This document shows, piece by piece, positions 30,929-39,845 of a DNA stretch of 64,000 nucleotides. The DNA comes from Candidatus Binatia bacterium (GTDB lineage: Bacteria > Desulfobacterota > Binatia > Bin18): assembly GCA_963666315.2 (NCBI GenBank), contig CAXXHG010000047.1, positions 64,001 through 128,000 of the forward strand, read 5' to 3'. Under the pieces are notes generated by a model. That model did no database searches. It was not told the origin of the DNA and saw nothing but the letters and a program-made list of their open reading frames with translations. Positions within the stretch are counted from its first letter, which is position 1, and each line of letters starts with the position of its first letter. Made by a program: the position numbers and the translations under genes.

Positions 30929-31800
30929 GTCTTTCGCTCCCGTCCGCGTTCAATAGCCCGCTTAATCGCGCGGCGAGTCAGCACTTGGGTTAAATGCCGC
31001 CGAAAGTCGGCTGACGCATGGATATCGCTATCAGGTTCGACGAGTTCGGCTGCTTTGGTTGAGGTGCTCTGAATAGCCTGGTCAGTGATTCCCTCTTGCA
31101 TAAGAATGTCTTCTGCTGCGCGTAACCGGATCGGTGTTGGGCCGACTCCAGCAGCAGCCAAACGCGCTGTCCGACACTGTTCGCCATCCGTATCAATTAC
31201 TGCCGCAACTCCGACAACAGCGAAGTCCCCATGCCGCCGGGCAAACTCTTCAAACGCCCAGCCGCTGGTTGGAGGGGAAGGGGAAAAGCGGACTTCAGTT
31301 AAGACTTCGTTCGGTGCGAGTGCAGTGGTGAGATAGCTCACAAAAAACTCTTCAGCGGATAAAATTCTCGTACCGCTTGGTCCCTGAATGACCAATTCAG
31401 CGTCTAAGGCCACTGCCACTGTTGGATACTCTGCTGCAGGATCAGCATGGGCCAGACTCCCGCCTATGGTGCCGCGCGTACGGATGGGGAGATGACCGAC
31501 GAGTGTTGTTGCCTCATACAGGAGCGGAAGCTGGCTGTGAATCAGTTCTGAAAACTCAATCGTTCTCTGCCGGGTTAACGCGCCGATACGGATCTGTCCG
31601 TCTTTTTGCTGAATATATGAAAGGGCCGCCACGCGGTTGACATCGATCAGAGCAGCCGGATAAGTCAGGCGGAAGTTCAACAGCGGCATAAGGCTCTGCC
31701 CGCCCGCCAGCACCTTGGCCTCGTCTCCATAGCGTTGGAGCAGATCCAGCGTCTCTTCGATGCTGGTTGGAGCGTGGTAGTCAAAAGGCGGCGGCTTCAT
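30925..31800 (-). CDS. FAD-binding subunit (CoxM/CutM-like)
   Basis: MKPPPFDYHAP start; AGGQSL, RGTIGGSLAHADPAAE and RRHGDFA motifs. Confidence 0.93.
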   Translation of the reverse strand: MKPPPFDYHAPTSIEETLDLLQRYGDEAKVLAGGQSLMPLLNFRLTYPAALIDVNRVAALSYIQQKDGQIRIGALTRQRTIEFSELIHSQLPLLYEATTLVGHLPIRTRGTIGGSLAHADPAAEYPTVAVALDAELVIQGPSGTRILSAEEFFVSYLTTALAPNEVLTEVRFSPSPPTSGWAFEEFARRHGDFAVVGVAAVIDTDGEQCRTARLAAAGVGPTPIRLRAAEDILMQEGITDQAIQSTSTKAAELVEPDSDIHASADFRRHLTQVLTRRAIKRAIERGRERKT

Positions 31801-31801
31801 C

Positions 31802-31845
31802 TCTCTGGCTTGTATCCGGCCCGCTGAAGGTGGTAAAGGGTGCGC
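31802..31845 (+). repeat. 44-bp direct repeat, left copy (partner 34063-34106)
   Basis: TCTCTGGCTTGTATCCGGCCCG[C/G]TGAAGGTGGTAAAGGGTGCGC; 43/44 identical. Confidence 0.92.
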
Positions 31846-31897
31846 AGAGATTGAAAAAACGATGACACGCAAAATAGGGCACATTGTAACCTTTTTA

Positions 31898-31956
31898 ACC
31901 TAACTGATGCATTCCATCCGATCGTATATCGCGACGGGGAGCCGCTCTCGTTAGAT
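31898..31956 (+). other. Degenerate integron attC-like (59-base) element
   Basis: ACCTAAC (RYYYAAC) to GTTAGAT (GTTRRRY) spans 59 nt, with an internal imperfect hairpin (ATTCCATCCGATCG / CGACGGGGA). Confidence 0.45.
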
Positions 31957-32970
31957 GACTTTCGATGATATCGACATGGTTATCGCGATAGACGAAACAG
32001 GGTCATTCAGTGCTAGGTCAGCGGAGCTAAATTTCTTCATCGCGGTCCACCTTCGCCAAATAAAGACGCTCTACAAACTCAAACAGAGACAGTTTACTGA
32101 GTGGGAAAGGCCGCTCCCAAGAACTCTCAAGAATTCCAAAGAGGAGATTAAGAGCTCTCTGCTCTCGGATAAACAGCTAACTGAGTTTGCCCGCAACGTT
32201 ATCTGCGCACCTTATTTCGTCTGAATTACTCCCTTTACTGTGCGTCCTTTGGACAACTCAGAGTCTGTGGTTGAAAAACACCGCCAGGTAGCTCTTATGG
32301 GAATTCGTGAAGGTGCAAAAGAATATACACGCATGGGGAAACATAATCCGGCACAGCTTTACGAGGAGTTTGGGAATTGGCTGAAGAAGCTGAGCTAGCC
32401 ACAATATCTTAAGATCCGAATCCTCGGTGAATGTATGGCTGCGGCCATGGTGAATACGGTCGGTCACGCAGTTACAGGGAAATACGATGAAGAACTACCA
32501 AGAATGAGGTTTCTCATCGATCGAGACTTTATTAAAGAGCCACGGCCTAACATCTTTTGGCATGAGCTTTTACGAAATTAGTTGTATGAAGCTAGCAAAA
32601 AGAATCCGTTACCTCTTCTCGGCAAGTGGAAAAGAAAGGTCACCCGTTTCTTGAGAAGTAAAGACGAAACGGTCGATTAAACTTGGCCGAGTTATTCTGG
32701 AAGCAACGTGCGTTCGTATTGTCTCACGAGCATTTTGAAATTCGGATTGCAGATGCCGTCAATACGATAGTGTCTCGCCACTTCAATAAACGAAAATGCC
32801 GAAATGCTTACGCGCTCGTTCGGCAAAGTTTTCTTTACGATGGGAAAATCACTCAGCTCGTACTCGATGACTTTGACTTGGAGGTATGGCGCTACGATCC
32901 GGACGACAATCCATGGAGGACATGGTCTAACAACGACGAGCAAACCGCCCCCCATAGCATCTACAAATGA
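31955..32970 (+). pseudogene. DUF3800-like gene with several nonsense codons and a frameshift
   Basis: N-terminal IAIDETG and C-terminal EIRIADAV. In-frame TGA 32222, TAG 32396 and TAG 32579; frameshift at about 32640 and a further TAA just after it. AT-rich. Confidence 0.6.
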
Positions 32971-32985
32971 AGGAGGCGTTCAAAT

Positions 32986-33166
32986 ATGGCTAAGAAACTG
33001 ACTGGACGTGCGCTGTCTCAATTCGAGGCCAAGCGGGATGTGTGGCAAGAGGTTCTGGACGGCGTGCGGGAGATCAAGGCGGGCGGTGGCAAGCGGGTTG
33101 TAGCCGAGCCACGCTCCCCCATTGTGCGTGCGCGTTTGAATCCTGGTCTGACCCACGCGCAGCCCA
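32986..33166 (+). pseudogene. HigA-like (Xre HTH) antitoxin, truncated at a REP
   Basis: AGGAGG RBS; KRDVWQEVLDGVREIKAG...IVRARLNPGLTHAQ stops at the start of the HTH, at the GTAG REP at 33167. Confidence 0.7.
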
Positions 33167-33196
33167 GTAGGTCAGATTAGCGAAGCGTAATCCGAC
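33167..33196 (+). repeat. GTAG REP (RAYT-associated)
   Basis: GTAGGTCAGATTAGCGAAGCGTAATCCGAC. Confidence 0.85.
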
Positions 33197-33209
33197 ACTC
33201 CTTACTGAG

Positions 33210-33410
33210 GGCGAGTTTGAATTCAGTCGTCATGCTTTAAAGCGCGTCGTGGAACGAAACATCAGCGACCAAGAGATTCGGCAAGCCGGGGCACAAGCAA
33301 CCATTATTGAAGATTACCCCGATGACAAATATTCTCCGAGTTGTCTGCTGTTAGGATTTACGCAAACAGGACGCCCCGTGCACATGCAGGTTTCGTTTGC
33401 AGCCCCGTAG
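33210..33410 (+). pseudogene. DUF4258 (RelE-like putative toxin) internal fragment between two REPs
   Basis: Manual translation GEFEFSRHALKRVVERNISDQEIRQAG...IIEDYPDDKYSPSCLLLGFTQTGRPVHMQVS. No start codon; the frame ends on the TAG of the next REP. Confidence 0.78.
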
Positions 33411-33436
33411 GTCGGGTTAGCGGAGCGTAACCCGAC
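33407..33436 (+). repeat. GTAG REP flanking RAYT (left)
   Basis: GTAGGTCGGGTTAGCGGAGCGTAACCCGAC. Confidence 0.88.
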
Positions 33437-33456
33437 GTTTCCTGTAGACGTATCTC

Positions 33457-33994
33457 ATGCAATATCGACGAGCTTTTGTCCCAGGCGGAAGCTACTTCTT
33501 CACCGTAGTGACTGCACAAAGACGGAAGTTGTTCGTCGATGAGGGGACCGTTGAAGTGTTGCGCAAGGCATTTCGACAAGTCAACGAGAAACGGCCCTTT
33601 ACCGTCGCCGCTATGGTGTCTTACCCGACCATCTCCACTGCATCTGGACCTTACCGACGCTGATAAGGACTATCCAACCCGGTGGCGATTGATCAAAACC
33701 TGGGTGACCAAAAATTACAATCCTCGCCGTAAACATCCCCTAGTCCTGACCGCATACCATCAGGGTGAGCAAGCATTGTGGCAGTCTCGGTATTGGGAAC
33801 ACCTCATGCGGGATGAGACAGACTACCGGCAGCATGTGGAGTACATTCATTACAATCCAGCGAGACATGGATATGTCTGACAACTTGGTGCCTGGCCGCA
33901 TTCGGGTTTTCGGCGATATGTAAAGGAGGGCGTCTATACGAGAGATTGGGGAAACACGGAGCCTGTGGTGGGCGAGGGTATTGGACACGAATAG
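33457..33994 (+). mobile_element. REP-associated tyrosine transposase (RAYT/TnpA-REP), pseudogenised
   Basis: MQYRRAFVPGGSYFFTVVT, VLPDHLHCIWTL (HUH motif, after a frameshift), WQSRYWEH and YIHYNP. Two one-base deletions at about 33615-33655 and a TGA at 33878. Flanked by inverted REPs. Confidence 0.9.
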
Positions 33995-34000
33995 GAGGAG

Positions 34001-34030
34001 GTCGGATTACGCTACGCTAATCCGACCTAC
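34001..34030 (-). repeat. GTAG REP flanking RAYT (right, inverted)
   Basis: GTCGGATTACGCTACGCTAATCCGACCTAC is the reverse complement of the REP consensus. Confidence 0.88.
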
Positions 34031-34062
34031 GGGGCTGTCCGTATTTTGGCCGCAAACATATT

Positions 34063-34106
34063 TCTCTGGCTTGTATCCGGCCCGGTGAAGGTGGTAAAGG
34101 GTGCGC
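34063..34106 (+). repeat. 44-bp direct repeat, right copy
   Basis: Matches 31802-31845 with one mismatch. Confidence 0.92.
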
Positions 34107-34150
34107 TATATGGATACTGAGATAACGTTCTGAAAAGAGAGTGACACTCC

Positions 34151-36184
34151 GTGACAAAATATCGTGTGGCTGCAGATATTGGTGGGACATTCACCGACTT
34201 TGTCGTTGAACAGGAGTCTAGTCACGTCTTTACCGGCAAAGTCCTAACAACCCCGGATAATCCTGCCCGCGGCGTGCTGAACGGACTCAGGGAACTCATT
34301 CCCGTCCCAAAAGACATCGACTTTCTCGTCCACGGCACGACGGTTGGACTGAACGCCTTTCTCGAACGCAAAGGCGAGCGCGTTTTGCTCATTATGACCG
34401 CCGGACTGCGGGACGCCTACTCCATTGCCCGGGGTGACCGCAAAGAATTGTACGCCCTACACTACCGCAAACCCCAGCGCCTCGTCCCTCGGCGCGACGT
34501 CCACGGCGTCCGCGAACGCATCAAATGGGATGGCACAGTGCTCGATCTCCTGCACGAAGAGGATTTTGCAGCCATCATCCAAAAAGTGCACGACGAGGGT
34601 ATCAAGGCAGTCGCCGTCTGCTTTATTCACGCCTATGCCTTTCCAGACCACGAGCTGCAGGCACGGGAGATATTGTCGGCAGCGCTGCCGGGTGTATCGA
34701 TCAGTCTCTCGCATGACATTGCGCGTGAATGGCGCGAATACGAACGGGCCTCTTCGGCGGTGCTGAACGCCTATATTGCGCCACTTGTAGAGGGGTATCT
34801 GACGAGCTTCGAGCAGGAAGTGCGTACTCTGGGGGTTGAGACGACCTTGCACGTGATGCAGTCCAGCGGCGGTGTGATGACACTCGATGCCGCCCGTAAG
34901 TTGCCGATCTCTACGCTCTTGTCCGGCCCTGTGGGCGGAACCATAGGTGGGATTGCCCTCTCTCAGGCCATGCAGCGTCCCAATCTGCTGTGTGTGGATA
35001 TGGGCGGCACGTCGTTTGATCTGAGTTTGGTCGTAAATGGCAAGCCCGAAATCACTACGGAGACCGAGCTGGAAGGTTTGCCGTTACTGATGTCTATTGT
35101 GAATATTCATACCATAGGCGCGGGGGGCGGATCGCTGGCGTGGGAAGAAGCCGGCGCAATCCGGGTTGGCCCGCAGAGTGCGGGCGCCGTGCCCGGCCCT
35201 GCCAGTTATGGTCGAGGTGGCAGCCAGCCCACTGTTACTGATGCCAACTTGTTCCTCAAACGACTCGGCGCACAGTCGTTGTTGAGTGGGCGCATGACGC
35301 TGGATGAAGACGCGGCAGCCCAAGCTATTCACCACCTAGCCCAACAGGTTGGGCAGGCTGGACTGGACGACGTGGCCTTTGCCGAAGGTATACTGGCCAT
35401 CACCAACGCCAAGATGGCGGATGCGATGCGGACTATTACGGTGGAGCAGGGCATAGACCCACGCGCCTATTCTCTGGTGGCGTTTGGTGGGGCTGGGCCC
35501 ATGCATGCGACCTGGTTAGCCAGCGAACTGGATATTCGTGAGGTGATTATCCCGCGCTTCCCAGGGACCTTCTCTGCGTGGGGGATGCTGCAAACCGATG
35601 TGCGCCACGACTTGACCCATACCTTCTACCGTCCCACACAAGAGGTGACAGCGAAAGATGTTGCGCAGGTCTACCAACAACTCCAACAAGACGGAACGGC
35701 TGCGCTCCAAGCCGAGCGTATCGCCCCGGAAGAGATGTATTTCGTGCGCTCAGCCGATATGCGCTATATCGGCCAGGAATATGCGGTGAACGTCGATATT
35801 GACGCGACGATAGACATCACCACGATTGAGGCGAGTTTTCACACTAGCCACCAGACCCGCTACGGCCACGCGACACCGGACGCACCGATCGAGTTCGTCA
35901 ATCTTCGCTTGGCAGCCAAGGGGCGGCTGCAGCGCAAGACCGCCCGCTTTGCTATGCCGGACGACGGGCAAGATTCTGTGCAAGATCCCCTAATAGGCAG
36001 TCGAGATGCCATTTTTGACGGGACCGCCCACCCGACGCCGGTCTTACGTCGAGACTGGATACACGCTGGGGCCGAGTACTCCGGGCCGCTCGTTATTGAA
36101 GAGGATAGCGCCACCACGGTTGTGCCGCCCGGCTATCATGTCCGGCTGGATGAGCAGGGAAACATCATCATCACTATCGAGTAA
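34151..36184 (+). CDS. Hydantoinase A / 5-oxoprolinase family ATP-binding subunit
   Basis: DIGGTFTD, HGTT, SGPVGG, DMGGTSFD and IGAGGGS motifs. Confidence 0.93.
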   Translation: MTKYRVAADIGGTFTDFVVEQESSHVFTGKVLTTPDNPARGVLNGLRELIPVPKDIDFLVHGTTVGLNAFLERKGERVLLIMTAGLRDAYSIARGDRKELYALHYRKPQRLVPRRDVHGVRERIKWDGTVLDLLHEEDFAAIIQKVHDEGIKAVAVCFIHAYAFPDHELQAREILSAALPGVSISLSHDIAREWREYERASSAVLNAYIAPLVEGYLTSFEQEVRTLGVETTLHVMQSSGGVMTLDAARKLPISTLLSGPVGGTIGGIALSQAMQRPNLLCVDMGGTSFDLSLVVNGKPEITTETELEGLPLLMSIVNIHTIGAGGGSLAWEEAGAIRVGPQSAGAVPGPASYGRGGSQPTVTDANLFLKRLGAQSLLSGRMTLDEDAAAQAIHHLAQQVGQAGLDDVAFAEGILAITNAKMADAMRTITVEQGIDPRAYSLVAFGGAGPMHATWLASELDIREVIIPRFPGTFSAWGMLQTDVRHDLTHTFYRPTQEVTAKDVAQVYQQLQQDGTAALQAERIAPEEMYFVRSADMRYIGQEYAVNVDIDATIDITTIEASFHTSHQTRYGHATPDAPIEFVNLRLAAKGRLQRKTARFAMPDDGQDSVQDPLIGSRDAIFDGTAHPTPVLRRDWIHAGAEYSGPLVIEEDSATTVVPPGYHVRLDEQGNIIITIE

Positions 36185-36189
36185 ACGCC

Positions 36190-37959
36190 ATGCAAAACAA
36201 TCAAACTATGCGGGATCCATTGCAACAGGCGGATCCCATTACTACCGAGATCATCCGCAATATGTTTGTTTCGATTGCGAATGATATGAATGCGGCCCTG
36301 ATTCGGAGTGCCTACACTCCGGTTATCTATGAGGGCAAAGACTGCTCTGTGGCGCTCCTGGATGAAAACGGTCAGGTGTTAGGCCAGTCGCTTGGCTTAC
36401 CCCTCTTTCTGGGCAATCTGGAAGTCTGCGTCCAGCTGACGGCTGAGCAATTCGGCTGGGACGTGTTTCAGCCGGGAGATATATTCTATCTCAACGACTC
36501 GTATATGACCGGGACGCACCTGAACGACGCCACGATCTTCGCGCCTATTTTCTGGAACGGGAAACGCGTCGGGTTTACGGCAACACGCGCGCACTGGCTG
36601 GACGTCGGCGCCAAAGATCCCGGCTCGCCCATGGACTCCCACGAGATTTATCAGGAAGGCATGCGCTGGGGGCCAACAAAAATCTATGACGGGGGCAGGC
36701 CCCGCGACGACATTATTGATTTCCTGCGACGCAACAGTCGTTTTGGCTACGGGCTGGTCGGCGATATGAACGCGCAGGTCGCCGCGTGTCGAACTGGCGA
36801 GAGTCGGCTGCATGCGCTGCTGGACCGCTTTGGCTACGACACTGCGCTTGCCGCCCGGGATGAGATCTTTCGTCAATCAGAACAGTTGGAATGTGAGGCC
36901 GTGGCCGCCATCCCCGACGGCTCGTACACGGCCGAAGGATATTTGGATAATGACGGGTTGGGCAGTGAGCCGGTCCGCGTTCAAGTGCGCATCGATGTGT
37001 CCGGCGACCGCATGATGGTTGATCTGGCAGGCTCAGACAAACAAACCCGGGGCCCGGTGAACTGTGGGTTTGTGCAAACCATCTCGGCCGTCCGGGTGGC
37101 CTTCAAGCTATTGGTCAGTCCGACTCGTCCGGTTGACGGCGGGACCTTTAAGACGCTCTCGGTCACCGCGCCCGAGGGCACGCTCTTCCGGGCTCAGGAG
37201 CCGGCGGCGTGTGCCTGGTATTTTTCTTCGTTGGGCTTGCTGATTGATCTGATCCCCAAAGCGCTGGCTTCGGCCATACCGGAGAAAGTTGCCGGGGCGC
37301 ACTATGGCGACTCCATGGTCATTGCGCTGGCTGGAACAGATCCGCGCAAAGGCGATATCCCGTATTTCGCTATTGAACCAACGACGGGCGGCTGGGGCGC
37401 GTTTAATACTGGTGACGGCCAGGATGCGCTGATTAACAACGTCAATGGCGCGTTCAAAGATTTGCCCATTGAGGTGTATGAAAATAAATATCCAGTCACG
37501 CTCACCAAATACGGCTTTCGTCCGGATACGGGCGGTCCGGGCCGTTTTCGTGGCGGGACCGGCGTCTACCGCGAGTATCACACCGAAGCGGCCTCCATCC
37601 TGTATCTCTGGTTTGAGCGTTCAGTGACACCCGCCTGGGGATTGTTTGGCGGCAGAGACGCTGCTCCACCAGCTGTGGTCGTGAATCCTGGTTGTAAGAC
37701 TGAACGCCATATGCTCAAGGCGAACGCGCTGCCACTTGAGGCAGGAGACGTGGTCAGAACCCAGACCGGTGGCGGAGGGGGCTTCGGCCCGGCTTGGGAA
37801 CGCGATCCGATGCGGGTGCGTGAGGATGTCCTTGACGGGTATGTCACCCGCCAAGGTGCTGCGTACGATTACGGGGTGGTATTAAGAGACGATTTAAGCC
37901 TGGACGAGGCAGCGACAGCGAAACACCGCGCGGCATTGCAGCAAGAGACCGTCGATTGA
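36190..37959 (+). CDS. Hydantoinase B / 5-oxoprolinase family subunit
   Basis: RSAYTPVIYEGKDCS, GTHLND, RAHWLDVG and TGGGGGFG motifs. Confidence 0.93.
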   Translation: MQNNQTMRDPLQQADPITTEIIRNMFVSIANDMNAALIRSAYTPVIYEGKDCSVALLDENGQVLGQSLGLPLFLGNLEVCVQLTAEQFGWDVFQPGDIFYLNDSYMTGTHLNDATIFAPIFWNGKRVGFTATRAHWLDVGAKDPGSPMDSHEIYQEGMRWGPTKIYDGGRPRDDIIDFLRRNSRFGYGLVGDMNAQVAACRTGESRLHALLDRFGYDTALAARDEIFRQSEQLECEAVAAIPDGSYTAEGYLDNDGLGSEPVRVQVRIDVSGDRMMVDLAGSDKQTRGPVNCGFVQTISAVRVAFKLLVSPTRPVDGGTFKTLSVTAPEGTLFRAQEPAACAWYFSSLGLLIDLIPKALASAIPEKVAGAHYGDSMVIALAGTDPRKGDIPYFAIEPTTGGWGAFNTGDGQDALINNVNGAFKDLPIEVYENKYPVTLTKYGFRPDTGGPGRFRGGTGVYREYHTEAASILYLWFERSVTPAWGLFGGRDAAPPAVVVNPGCKTERHMLKANALPLEAGDVVRTQTGGGGGFGPAWERDPMRVREDVLDGYVTRQGAAYDYGVVLRDDLSLDEAATAKHRAALQQETVD

Positions 37960-37969
37960 GAGAATTTTT

Positions 37970-38251
37970 GTGGAATGTCGAGTAGGCTGCGGCGCGTGCT
38001 GCATCGCCCCGTCGATTTCATCACCCCTCCCTGGGATGCCGACCGGCAAGCCTGCCGGAGTACGCTGTCTCCATCTCAGCCCTGAAAATCGGTGTCTACT
38101 GTTTGGCCGACCTGAACGTCTGGCGGTATGCCGCGACCTGCAACCCAGTGCAGACATGTGTGGGCAGAGTAACGAATACGCACTCGCCTATTTGACACGA
38201 CTGGAAAAACTCACGACGCCGTCACGAGAATTTCAGAAAGGAGACGTATAA
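37970..38251 (+). CDS. YkgJ-family cysteine cluster protein
   Basis: CRVGCGACCIAPSISS...GKPAGVRC...C..FGRPER..VC. Confidence 0.88.
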   Translation: MECRVGCGACCIAPSISSPLPGMPTGKPAGVRCLHLSPENRCLLFGRPERLAVCRDLQPSADMCGQSNEYALAYLTRLEKLTTPSREFQKGDV

Positions 38252-38253
38252 GC

Positions 38254-38661
38254 ATGACTAACCAAGAAGAGGCAATCAGACAATTCTACGCGAGCTATCT
38301 CGATACTTTTCATACCGGTAAGGCCAAGGCGGTGGTGCCTTTTTACCATGCCCCATGTCTTTTCATCACGGACCAGGGTGTCACATTGCTTTCCAATGAA
38401 ATAGAGATTGAGAACCTGTTTGCGCAAGTTATGGAAGGACTCAAGGGCCGGAATTACAGTCACACTGAAGTCACCGATGTTCAGATCAAAGAACTCAGCG
38501 CAGAAATGGCTTTATTCAGCGGCCTTGCCGTCCGCTACACCAAAACGGGTGAAGAACTCGAACGCTTAAGCGCAACATATACGACGCGCAAGTCCAACAA
38601 TGCGTGGCAATTCGTCACTGTTGTGGCTCATAGCCCGGAGACGCTGGTGCGGTTTGCGTGA
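38254..38661 (+). CDS. NTF2/SnoaL-like protein
   Basis: FYASYLDTFHTG..., RYTKTGEELERLSATY...WQFVTV pattern. Confidence 0.75.
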   Translation: MTNQEEAIRQFYASYLDTFHTGKAKAVVPFYHAPCLFITDQGVTLLSNEIEIENLFAQVMEGLKGRNYSHTEVTDVQIKELSAEMALFSGLAVRYTKTGEELERLSATYTTRKSNNAWQFVTVVAHSPETLVRFA

Positions 38662-38749
38662 GTGGATATAGATCCGTTCAAAGAGAGATTTCCGGATTTT
38701 AAGATCCGGATTTTAAGATATGGACGGGGGGATGTATAATATAAGTCCC

Positions 38750-38779
38750 GTAGGTCGGATTAGCGGAGCGTAATCCGAC
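38750..38779 (+). repeat. GTAG REP upstream of a second RAYT remnant
   Basis: GTAGGTCGGATTAGCGGAGCGTAATCCGAC. Confidence 0.88.
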
Positions 38780-38799
38780 ACCTCCTATGGACTCACGAC

Positions 38800-38907
38800 A
38801 TGCAATATCGACGAGCTTTTGTCCCAGGGGGAAGCTACTTCTTCACCGTAGTAACCGCACGCAGACAGAAGCTGTTCGTCGATGAGAGGGCCGTTGAGGT
38901 ATTGCGC
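38800..38907 (+). pseudogene. RAYT 5' fragment (36 codons)
   Basis: Near-identical DNA to the 5' end of 33457 (MQYRRAFVPGGSYFFTVVTA...VEVLR), then abrupt loss of similarity. Confidence 0.88.
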
Positions 38908-39150
38908 ACCCGACCTCTTGTCAGTCAAGCACTGGCCTCGCGAGTGACAACCAAAGGCTATTTATACTACCCAGCCGGCGCGTACGTTGGAGCGCAAGGC
39001 TATCTGACCGAAGTCTACAGCCAAGAACGGGCCGGGTTTCAGATTGAGTTTTCGAGCGGGCCTCATTCGGATCCGTCTGATTGGCGTCTGTCCTTTTCTT
39101 TGCTACCGTCTTTCATGTTGTTGGACACAGAGACACAAAAGGGAGGGACT

Positions 39151-39568
39151 ATGTATTCGATCTGTAAACTTGATTCCATCGAAAAATACATTCACCCAGC
39201 AGTCGTTCATCAGACCTTGGTGAAGGAGCAGTCTAAAAATGTCGAGATTTGGATGCAGACCTCAAAGCCGAGCAAACCCACGCCCACGCATTGTCATTCG
39301 GGCGAGGAAATTCTTATTGTGTTAAAAGGCACGGGGTGGTGTCAGGTTGACGGCAAACAGGTCGATTTTGGACCGAATAGTGTGCTGACCGTGGGCCCGC
39401 CTATACGCAGCATAAAGTCTGCACTACAGGAGAAGAGGATCTGCTGGTAATTGCAGTTCTGGAGACGCCGGTGGAGATTTTCAATAAAGCGGCGAGCCGA
39501 TACAGTTGCCGTGGGCGCATGGGAAAATGAGCGGGATGCTGGAGCCGACTTCGGCTCAGGCAGGCTGA
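39151..39568 (+). pseudogene. Cupin domain gene, frameshifted
   Basis: GGGAGG RBS; cupin motif 1 PTHCHSGEE...KGTG; motif 2 (QHKVCTTGEEDLLVIAV) continues in another frame after about 39400. Confidence 0.7.
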
Positions 39569-39591
39569 TATTCACTCAGCAGGTCGTGTGA

Positions 39592-39708
39592 TCACGCCAA
39601 GGCATCCAAGAGGGCTTTGGCTTCTTGAAGATCGGCTACGTCAAAGCCTTCCGTATACGATGCATAGATTTTAGAGAGGAGTTGATACGCGGCTTGTGCT
39701 GCGCTTGC
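39592..39708 (-). pseudogene. C-terminal fragment of a cyclase/ATPase-TPR family gene
   Basis: Reverse translation AYQLLSKIYASYTEGFDVADLQEAKALLDALA*, homologous to the end of 15596-18998. Confidence 0.75.
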
Positions 39709-39845
39709 AACGGTTTTCCCAGTAGTTTCTACGACTGTCTGTTCGCCTGCTGACTTTTGATTGTGTCTTTATCTCAGCTTCCCCACTCCCGTCCGTTCAC
39801 CTTTCTCTGCTACGCTAGTATAAGAACAGTTCAAGGGAGGATGGT

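Noticed and set aside
31955-32970. Stop-codon recoding in the DUF3800-like gene
   Set aside because: All three stop types plus a frameshift occur; ordinary decay explains it.
33167-33436. REP pair as a CRISPR repeat-spacer unit
   Set aside because: Only two direct copies 240 bp apart, clearly GTAG REPs of the adjacent RAYT, and no cas genes.
38690-38720. TCCGGATTTTAAGA tandem duplication
   Set aside because: Only two copies, with no evident function.
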